Part shown: positions 50,958 to 62,900 of the stretch, piece after piece
Layout: the number at the start of each line of letters is the position of its first letter
How positions within the stretch are numbered: the stretch's first letter is position 1
IMG/VR virus record: IMGVR_UViG_3300030372_004155
Reading direction: 5' to 3' (one strand)
Length of the DNA stretch: 64,000 nucleotides
From: an uncultured virus (IMG/VR IMGVR_UViG_3300030372_004155)
Lineage: Duplodnaviria; Heunggongvirae; Uroviricota; Caudoviricetes
The notes under the pieces: generated by a model
Seen by the model: the letters and a program-made list of their open reading frames with translations, nothing else
Database searches by the model: none
Told to the model about the DNA's origin: nothing
Translations under genes and position numbers: made by a program

Positions 50958-53900
50958 TTATGAATAGAATGGATCCAAAGCTCCAGTATCTCTCAATCCA
51001 CTTGATCTACGTTGAATTGTTGGGAAAGTGGTCAGTCCAGAATTGATAGTTAATCCAGTTACTCCGAGTGATACTGGTTCAGTGCCTCTTGTGAATGAAC
51101 CACCCAGTCTACCCCACGAAAATCTACCAATTGCATCCATAGAACTACCAGTACTTGATAATCCCGTTACCGTAGTATCTGATTTTATATTACATGTAAT
51201 AATTCCAGCAGTACCAGAATTCCATATATGATTAATATTGTAAATATTATCTAAGAAAGTTGTTCCAATACCAACCACTTCACTATCAGAATCAAATATT
51301 GAAGTAACTCCTGTTCCTACAGTAGTATTAGTAATATAAATGGGATAATTGATATTTAAGTCGGAATAACTTGAAGCAAACAAACTAAATTTGAGTGCTA
51401 ATGGAACGCCATCACCTGTGGTTGTACCAATTCCAGTAATAATTCCAGAGAAACCTTTAACAGAAGTAATATTTCCAATCAATTCAGAAGTAAATGTAGG
51501 AAGAGTTACTAAAACATTAGGAACAGCAGTTGCTGTATATCCAAATCCTGAAGCAGTAATGGTAGTTGTACTAATAGAACCACCAGTTATAGTTGCTGTT
51601 GCTGTTGCTGTTGGATTTGCAGTAGTTCCAATACCTGTAGTAGGAATTCCTATTGATACAGAAGTGGTTGCCCCTATATATCCACTACCAGCATTTACAA
51701 TGTCAAGTGAAGAAATAGTACCTGCAGTAGATACAATAGCCGTAATGGCAGCAGAAACCCGTGTAACACTGTTATCTACTATTCTTCCACTAATTGGTGA
51801 CGATCCTGAAATTTCCCCTTCTTCATCAAAGAATACAGCATCATCAACAAATATTTCAGTATCTGTAGATTTAAGACTACCAATAATTTTTGCAGTAGGG
51901 AATATTAAAGGTTCTAAAGAAGGTCGAGATTTGTAAACGACTTCACCATTTATTATTCTATCTACTTTTTGTTTTGTCCAATTTAATGATTTTTCTTCAG
52001 TTGTAATACCTACTCCTTTATATAAATTAGTTTCTATAATATCAGTAGCAGTAATAGCAGTAGCTACACGAGACTGTTGATTTTGAACACTATTTAAAAT
52101 TTTATCTAATTGAACAGTATCTCCTACTTTTAAAGATGGATATACATTTGTTACTAATTCAGTATCGGATCCAGAAGTTCCACGATAGAAGAATATGGAA
52201 ATTTCGTCTTCTGGTTTTGGTGGTTCTATAAATGCAAAGGATGTACCTCCATCAAAGAGATAAGAAACACCTGGTTCTTGTATTACACCATTTGCAACAA
52301 TTAATAAAGCATTTGCAAGATTTACACCAGCAAAACTAGTTCCTTCCTGAACTTGGAAACTTAAGAGTTCATTATCATATCTTAATTCAAATCTTTTTCT
52401 AGATCCATCTTGTAAACTCTTAATAGAATCAATATAATCAAATTGACCAAATTGCCAAGCAGAGAAAGAATCGTTATAAGTATCTAAAACTGTTAATTCA
52501 AAAGGAACTATCGGAGAAGATAAACTAGCATCAGTTACTAATCCTACAGGAGTAAAGACATCTCCTTTTTTAAATGCATATCCATCTCTAGCAATTTCCC
52601 ATTTAGGAACCTCAAAATAAGTAGAAGCACCACTCACAGTAGAACTTGCACTAACTTCAACATTTAATAATAAACCAACTCCAGTATCAGTAGTTGCACC
52701 TATACCCAATCTAGAAACACCTGTAACTGAAAGGTTGGTATAAGATGCTTCAGGGATATCTAAATATGGATTGGTATAATTCGTACCTCCTGCACCAATA
52801 GCAAAGGATAGGGTACCACCAGCACCTACTGTGGCCGTAACCTCCGCACCTGATCCCACACTTGCCCCAACATTTACTGTAAGTGTATCCGTATCATAAG
52901 AATTGATAGATGTGATGAGACCTGCTACTGGATCTGTTGGTCTAGGATAATAATGGTCAGTAGCATAATCATCTTTAGAACATTTAAATACTAAAGAATT
53001 AGTTCTAATTCCAACATTATCAGATGTTGTTAATCCATGAGAAGGAATAGTTAAAGTTAAATCTCCACTTGTAGGAAGATAAGATGCACTTGTTGCTGTT
53101 AAAGGTGTACCTGACCAACTAGTAACATATAATGTTGTAGAAACTCCACTTACAAATGTGTGAATATATGAAACATCTGTTACTCCTATAGAAATAGTAG
53201 ATCCTGTATATCCCGAACCAATAGTTGCATTTCCGTACCAAGGCATTACTGATCCACCACTATTATAAGTATGAGGAATAGTACTAACACCAACATTAGT
53301 CGTAAAGGTATTTGTAGATCCAATACTTAATATGCTGTAATCAATGCTTGTACTTCCAAATCCTACAGGTGACTCTGGGAATATAGTTGTAGTAATACCA
53401 GACCCATCTGGACATGTAAATGCTAAACCAGCTAACTTGACTTGAGCAATGATACCTGCTTCAAAATTATGTGCTTCTTGTGTAGTAATTTGTAATACAC
53501 CAGTTTCATTATTATACGTGGAGGTAGTAATAGAAATAGCAGGCCCTGTAGTAGCAATACCTACAACATTAGTGATAATTCCATTAGAATCTTTTTCTAA
53601 GTATGCTCGTGCTCCTACTGCTGGTGCATATCCCAATCCTGGTGTAGATCCGAGAGAAATAATTAAACCCCCTCTCGGCAATTCATTTTGATTTACATCA
53701 ATATCACTAATAATAACTGGATCATCACTAGATGTCCTAATACCTGTAAATCTTACACTACTTATTCCACTACTTATATCTTCTTGAACTTGGAAATTAT
53801 TGGAAGGATTATTATCAGCAGTAGGTGATTGGAAAATATTACTAATTAATAATAACCCATTACCCCCAGTAGTTCCCAGTCCTACAGTATTAACTCCTGT

Positions 53901-56900
53901 ATTCGTTAAGGTATATGTTTCACCAATTCCAGTAAATTGATCTGAAATATCATCATAGACCTGATTAGTATCATAATTATCTCTTAAATAAACTCTTCCC
54001 CCAAAATCTGAAGTTGCATAATTTAAATTACTAGAATTCTTGATTAATTGAGGATTTCCTTTAGGAGGATCAGTAAACCATATCTCCTCACCATCAATAT
54101 TATAAGATCCTCTGTAAAGATTAATAGTCGATGAATTTGTATGATTAGTTGAAGCCGATCCAATAAATCCTCTTTCAACTTCTACAAGATTTGTAGTACC
54201 AATACCGACTATTGGACCAACAGTAGTTTCTCCAACACCAACATTAATAACTTTCATATATTCATTATCAATTTTTATTATATCAGAAGAAGTTAATGAT
54301 GAAATTCCACTTAGAGAGAATATAGTTCTTGTGGTACTAATTCCAGTACTAGCATCATCAGTATTATTCTCTAAAGTATATGACAACGGTACAAAAGCTA
54401 TTGGAGACTGAATTACATTATCAATGGTAATAATAGATTTTGTATTACTCTTTGCCATTTCAAATTGATGGGCATTTCCTGTTCCAATTCCCACAAAAGT
54501 AACGGCACTTCCACCTCTAGTTGTAGATATTTGAAAAGTATCAGCACTATCCCTAATAGCAAAAACTGAAGACGGTAATTGATCAATAGCTCCTGTAGAA
54601 CTCTGATATAACATTGGAGTGGATCCTACACCAACAAATGTAGATCTAGGAGTGTAAATTAATTCTTCATCAGTTCTAAAGAAATGATTATCAATATTAA
54701 ATTTAGTATCACTAAGTGCGATAACAGTAGAATCAGCAGGATTGAATATTTTAGCAAAAATAGGAGTATTATTTGATTTTAAAACAAAATTACTTTTATT
54801 AATTCGGGAACCATTAGGTGCATTAAACGAATATAAATTAAATGATTGTACTGCTGAACCATATGTTAAATCTGGTACATTAGAAGAATTGCTAAAATCA
54901 TTTTCTGTATATAAAACTTCATTTAAAGAAGAAACTTGGATATTATCAGTTATAAATTCAGTCTCAGGATAGAATTTTAATACAAAGTCATTAGAAACAT
55001 ATTCAGCACCAAAAGTTCCAATTCCTAACCGTGTATCAACTTCAATATCCCCTGCATTAGAAAGAATTGGTCCGGGTTGAATATAAACATCTGTACCATC
55101 ATGATTCATCATAAGTTGATGCACAGCTCTAGTAGAACCAACACTTACTTCAACTATAGATTTGCTTGCATTAAATAAAGACTTATCTAAAATAACAGCA
55201 GTAGTAGTTCCTACACCAACAACATAATTTGATTGATAAATCAAACTTCTTTCAGAACCTACTGGTTCACTAGGAGATGAGAATCTATACGTATCAGTTC
55301 CACTTGAAGTTGATCCAAAACCAACTACACTGGAACTATATTTAATTTCATCAGTTAAATTATTTACATATTGTAAAGAGAATATTGATCCAGTCAAATC
55401 ACCTTTAAATGACCCCATTAAAGTTTCAGAATAACTCGTTACCTCACTATGAGTATCTACATAATAATCTGCAATATAAGTATCAGTTCCATCATGAGTA
55501 ACATATAATTCAACATAATTCATCTGAGATGTTGTTTGATTAACTAGATGTGTTTTTACATGTAGTGAATTATATTTGGTAGAATCTACACTTATAATAG
55601 AAGATGTAGTCACTCCCAGAACACTATCAACTGTAGCTATTCCAACAGCTCCTGTAAGATTAATAAATCCTAATGATTGAGTTCCAATACCTGTATTACT
55701 TAAAAAATCTAATTCAAGTGATTTGATATCATAATCAAAATCAAGACTATTAGGTAAAGGAGTAAATCTTAAATAGTTCTCACCCAATCCAGTGCTTTCA
55801 ATGTCAAATGATCCAATAGGGCCTTCATCCTCTAAATCACCTTTTTGTAAAAGAATAGAATTGGATCCATTATTCAACAATACCAATTCTGTAAGTTGAA
55901 CATCAGTATTATCTAAATTACTAATTCTAAATAAGATATTCTTAAATGAGATATTAGAATCTATTTGTAAAATATTAAGATAATCCGTTAAATCACTTGA
56001 TAAATTGGAAAATTGATCTTTAATATTATCAATTTTTAAAACTTCATTACTTTTAGCTAAAGTATATGCAGTAAAAACTTTATTTGGTGTTTTTATAGCG
56101 TTAGACGAATTTCCAGATCCTAAATCTAAAGCATATGCATAATTATAAACTGTATCTACTCTATTATCTCCAATAATATCTTGAACAGAAATTGAAAAAT
56201 CTGTACTACCTATTCCAACTAATGATGTTGATGTAATTCCTGTATTAGCAAAATTCTTAAGACCACTAGTATGGAGTAAAGAAGAAACAGGACTCCTTAA
56301 TTGATCAAAAGTACGGGTACTCTGAACAGTATATGACATATTTTGATAATAATCATTATTAGGAGTAACTTGAGTATCTAAATTCAATGATCCAATATCA
56401 TCAGACCATCCAATATCTTTTTTAACCATATAATTTACTGAAAATCTACCAAAATTCTCAGTGATATTATTAATAGTAGCTGTAGTACCTGAATCCTTTC
56501 CTGTTATTATTTCTCCAACACTCAATCTATAAGTACCAGAAACTTTAATATAGTCACTTTCAGTACTTGTAATAATTAAATCTCTTTCAATATCGTTAGA
56601 TATAATTTTTTCACCTGTATTGAAGAAAGATGGAACTAAATTAGATACAAATGTAGGATAATTAATTTTGTTAATAAGAGAAGGTATGTTAGATTGATCT
56701 GTAACTGCTATACCAGTATTGGTACTTATTCCTGCTAAATCTATAGTGACTGAATCATTACTTCCAGTTGCAGCTACCGTATATGCACTAACCTTAGCAA
56801 ATCTATATCCAAAATCTGGAGAGTTGAATCCTGAACCACCAACACTAACAGGATCATACTGTACAATATTTTCAACAAATACTTCATCACCAACCTTGAA

Positions 56901-59900
56901 AGGTGCTGTTCCAAATCCTGCTGAAGGAGTGTTTATAAAACATGTAAATATTCCAGTTGAATTAGAAGAAATGGTACTAATAGAAACTCCATTAGTATTT
57001 TGTATAGCAAATAATTCTATTCCACCACTAGGAAGGCCACTTGGAAGGACTATAGGATCAACGCTAGATATTGTAGTATTAGTTAATACTGCTTCAAGAA
57101 GACCATTTTTAATTATCTCTCTGGTAGTAGGATTAATTATTTTAATAAGAGGAGGAATTATATAATTATTTCCACCAGAAGTTACTGTAATAATACCCAC
57201 TGTATTGGAATTTTCAATAACAATAAGTGGAGAGATATAAGCAGAGGGTTGTAATGTCTTATCAGAAGAATATTCAAATCCCTCATTAATAATTCTTACT
57301 TTATTAGAATTACCAACATTGGTTGATTTAGCAACAATAGATCCACCTGTTCCTTCTGTAGAGGAAGATCCAACAAAATTTGGCAATTTTTGATAATTAA
57401 TTCCACCAGATAAAATACTGACATTATTAATACCACCTTTTGCTGTTAAAGACGAAGTAGTATACTCTAAAGAGTCACACTCAGAAGGATTGTAAGATAG
57501 TTTTTCAGGTATTTCTTTTAATGATACATCAAAGGTTGTGTCACCCACTCCAATAATACTATAAGAAGAAATATAAGAACTGTCAGTAAAGATTATTTCT
57601 GAATAATTGGGAGAATCAGTGTCTGTGGTACTAATAAATCCTGATTTTTCTATATTATAAAATAATTTTTGTGGTAATGTATTATCGTAATTAATGGTAG
57701 AAGTAGCATTAGTAGAAATTCCTACAGTTCCAAATCCTACAACATCAAATATTGTAGAAGCAGTAGAAACAAATTCATTCTTAAACTCATTATCATAATA
57801 TAATTTAAATTCATAATCTTTCAATGAGGAATGAGATAAATCAAAAACTAAATTATTATTTTTTAGAGTTGAAAGTTGTGGGTTTACTTGTGAAATAATT
57901 TGATCAACTCCACCAGTAGATCCAAACCCTACGGTAACTGGAGGATTGCTATTTACATCAACAGAAGTTGCTGATAATTGTATTGTATTTTCATCAACTT
58001 TATAAACATAGTAACTTGTAGAGGATATTCCACTTGGGAAAAGATCCGCAGAATAGGCTATTTTATCCCCAGTTGTTAATGCATGAGAACTTAAAGTCAA
58101 TTCATTAGTGATAGTATTAATACCTGTAGAATTAAATCCTATAGGATTGACTAAAATATAACCTGTACTATCCTGTCTTTGTAAAACAACTGCTGTAGAA
58201 GTTCCAATACCAACAGATAAATTTGGTTTGATATTTAAATCAATGATATCATCTCTTTTTAAATTGTGGGAAGTGGATAATGATACAGTTGTTTTAATTC
58301 TTTCTACCTTTCCTGTTACTTGAAGATAATTACTCTCAAAAGTATAATTATCAAAATTATCACCACCGCTACGGAAATAAACATCCGAGAACATTGTTCC
58401 AATACCAGTTTTTATTCCAATCCTATTTGCAGATTTATCAGACACATATAATGTAGAAGGTAATGTAAAGGGAGAACTTGTAGGTGAAGTTGAAATTGAA
58501 ATATTTCCAGTCGTTCCAGCTGAATAACTTATTTGTTCATTTTCACTGAACGGATGATTTTCAAGATAAATTTGCTGAGTAGGAACATCTCTAATAATAC
58601 TTACATTAGCAAAATCAAAGGTCATAGTAGAAGTTATTCCCGTTATTGTACCAAAACCTATGGCTTTTGTAGGATTAAAGAAAACTTTATTATTAACTTT
58701 AGAATCAAATATATTAACTGACCCTTTAATATTAAATGAATCAGGTATAAACGATACTCGAGAAGTGGCTGTATGAGATATTCCAGTAGCACCTCTTTCA
58801 ACTCTTAATAAATTGTTATTTCTATAAAATTCTAACAATTTTAAGGTTTCATCTCCAATTTTAATACTACTTCCTACAGAAACATTCTCAGGAATCCTAG
58901 AAACCCATATTTCAGTACTTACACCCACTATGGATGAAACTGATCCCAGTGGATATGTCAGAGATGCCATTGAAGTAGTTAATCCTACCATATTAGGACC
59001 ATTTAATTCTGACAATTGAGTAGAAAGGCCAGAAACTATAATATTATCATTATTTTCCCAATTATGAGATGGTAATATATTAACTTTTACATTTTGACTA
59101 TCCACCCACGTAAATACCACATCACTATAAGAACTAGTTCCAGTACTTACATTTACAATATTTTTACCTTTTAATGATGAAACTTTGGAAATTAATCCAC
59201 TACCATTAGTATTAATATCATCAAATATTAAAGAATCATTAATTTTATAATTATCACCTGAAGAAATTACCAATAATTGATCAATTGAACCAGATGTTAC
59301 TGATTCTATAACAGCTTTTTGTCTAGAAATCTCATTTGTCTCAATTATAAAGTCATTATCAGCATTTTTATCAGAAACTTTATAGGGAAATGTGTTTCTA
59401 ATAAGATCAGATTGTGAAAAATCAAAAGATTGATCAATATTTTGAGTTAATGGTATAGATCTATAAGAATTACCTATAAAATAAGGAAATTTTGGAACTA
59501 TAGGAGCAACACTATCATCTACAGTTGCAAAATACGCATAAATTCCATCAGGAAATTCGGGAGTTTTACTAAATCTTCCATTATTTCGATCTAAATCTCC
59601 AGAATTGTTAAATTTATAGTCCTCTACAAAAAATCCACCAATAAAATCAGTAGTTGACGGTCTATCAAAAACATTAGAAGTGTCAATTACATAACCTGGT
59701 TCTAATTTTTTGACTGAAGAAGCAATATTTGGATCTGTATATCCATAAGGACCATAAATTGGGTTACCATCATAAGCCCATCCAATGATTTTAGAAGCTT
59801 CTGTAGCATCTTCATTGAATGAATTTATATAATTTTGATTATACCCACTTACACTATATCCCAAATCATTGTTAGTTGGTAATAATAATTCACTACTTTG

Positions 59901-62900
59901 GTATTTTTTACTTATATCAATACTCAATGATCTTATATTAACATCAATAAGAGTATTTTTTCCTGCAGAAACAACATTTATTGAGGTATCTATACTAGAA
60001 TATCCAATTCCTGGATTAATAATCTCTACATCAGATATTCTATTATTGCTAATAATAGGTCTTAAGGCAGCTCCACTCCCTTTACCACTAGAATCTATCA
60101 CATTTAAGTCTGGAATAGAGAAATATTGCTCCCCACCAAATTGAAGATTAACAGAATCAATTCTACCATTGACTATTATGGGTTCTAATTGAGCATTTTT
60201 ACCTGTTTTTATGGAAATTATTGGTTTATTTTCAAAATTTAATACAGAAGAACCATATCCCGTCCCAGTTTCATAAAGATAAGCATCAATAATGGATCCT
60301 CTTACTGTTGGGGTAAGAATTATGGTTTCTACAGTCTGAGTAGTGGTTCCAAATCCAACAGGAGCGTAGTCTAAAGAGGCTATAATGTCTGGATAAGCGA
60401 AATTATGATAACCAGTTCCAGTAGATCCTAAACTTACATAATTTTTTGATATATAATTGCTTCTTATTGTTCCTCCAATACCTCCATCAGTCAATTTAAA
60501 GGAATTGTCATCAATTTTATTGATTTGGTATTGATTTGTAGTTGTCAATCCCGATACAGCTGTTCCAGTACTAGAATATTCTACTATTTCACCATCCTTA
60601 AATCCATGATTAGTAAAATTAACAGTATTATAAGCACTTGAAATGCCACTAGGTTTAACAATTAACTTTCTATTTGTAAAAGTTCCTCCATTTACGACTT
60701 CAACACCGACAATTGAAGTTTGATTGGGAAGAGTTGAAAATTTATGGATTCCTGCAAGACTTGTTGTACCAAATCCTACAGTATTGATCCCTGATATAGA
60801 ATCATTAATAGAAGAATATAATTGAATAGTGGTATTGTTAATAACACTTACAAAATAAGATGAATTATTAACTAGAGAAGAAACTCCTATCCCAAGACCT
60901 ATCCCATTATTTCCATTAGACTTATAAATTACATGTTGATTATTCCTAAATGCATGATTTGTAAGAAATGTAATTTCATTTGTCGTGGTATTAATTCCTC
61001 CAGCATTAGTAGTTGACCTCCCATCAAAACTAACATCCCTAGACTTCTTAATGATCAATGGATTTAATATAGCATTACCATTTCCCCCAGTAACACCAAT
61101 AGATACAACTCTTTCAATATCAAATCCTTGAGGATCTACATCAATTTTTGTAATTGTACCACTAACTACTGGTTGCAATAATGCGGTAATACCAAGACCT
61201 GGTGCAATATCTACTTGAGGAAGATTAATAACATCATAATTACTTCCTCCATTTAAAATATTTACATTTTCCAATGGGCCATAATAAATTTTATCGTTAG
61301 ATTTATAATTAGTAATCTCTACTCCATCAATTAACATTCCAATTGATCCTGGAGATGTTTCAACTTGATTTCCTCTATTAATAGTGGAGTCTAAAGAGAA
61401 TTTTTTAAGTAATTTCTGGGGGCCTATTATATCTGCTTTTTGAGAATCTAAGGTAAATCTATGTCCACCAGTATTAATACCACTACTAGTAGATGAAACA
61501 TTCAGCTCTATAAAATTAGTACCATCTACAAAAGATCTAGATGTATACAACTTCATCTCTTTGGTAGTGGTTCCTATTCCAACATAATAAGATCCTGTAT
61601 CTAACCCAATATAAGGAGTTTGCCATGATTCGGGTTCATAATAAACTTTATCACCATCTATAAATTTTAATTCATTATTAAATTGGAGGGTTTTGTAATT
61701 ATTAGTTACAGGATTCTTCTCCGTCAATCCAGCTGCTACAACGGATTGAATATTAACTCCTATAGTATTAATATAATTGGATACACTAAGTCCACTTCTT
61801 CCTGATGGTAAGGAATTGGATGCAATATAAGTAGTATGAGCACTCCCAACATACAAATTCTGAACATCAGAAAGTATCTTTCCATCTTTTAATGGTACTA
61901 TATCACTAAATGCAGTATTAATTCTTCTCCTAATATCATATACTCCATCTGTCGCTACAAGATTTGTATTATCACTTAAAGTTATGTCTTTACTATCAAC
62001 AATATTATCAATTTTTAGATTACCATCTCCCCCAAATACAACATTATTTGAGTTAGATTCAACTATTTCAACATAATCATCTATTTTAAGACTTGATTTA
62101 TCAGTATCTCCCTTGGTTGTACAAGAAGCATTGTTTATATTAGATAATTTATATCTTACACTGGTATTGTATATCCATGAATTTGCAAAAATTTCTTTAT
62201 AAGTCTTATTAGTGGCAGGATTTTCAATTAAATCCCCAATATTACTAACACTAATGATCTGACCTTCATCTATAGTAATATTTTTAGATATTTGATTGAA
62301 ATCTGATAAAACTCCAGTCAGTCTTAACTGAACTTTTGTACCATTAATATCACCATCCTCATAACCAAAATAAATATCATCATTTCTTACAACATCTGCA
62401 GTTTGTATTGATGCTCCAATACCTGTACATCCAAAAAATTGATTAATACTCTTACTAGTATAATTAATGGATGTATTAACCCCAGAAATAATAGTACCTG
62501 TAACTCCAAATCCTACAGTAGAATCAACAGGTATTGTGGAAGCTCCAGCACCCACATTTTCTAATACTTTAGATGCTGGTGTAATACTAAAATTACCTTG
62601 TATGGTTGATGCTGATTCATCATAACCCATAAAAAGTGAAATTTTATAATATTGCTTGTTTTCGGTTAAAGCTACTCCAACTCTAGTAAAAGGTTCAACT
62701 TCAGAAATAGATGCATTTGTATTTAAATCCGATTCTTTAAATATTGTTTGACCAACCAATTTGGAAGGATCACCAGCAATTAAATCCGCTATTATTATTT
62801 CTCTTCTAACATAATCAGCTGAGGATGGCTTAAGTAAATAATCCTCTAAATTAATAACTTTAGGGGTTTCACCATAAAGAACATTAAATAATATCCTAAA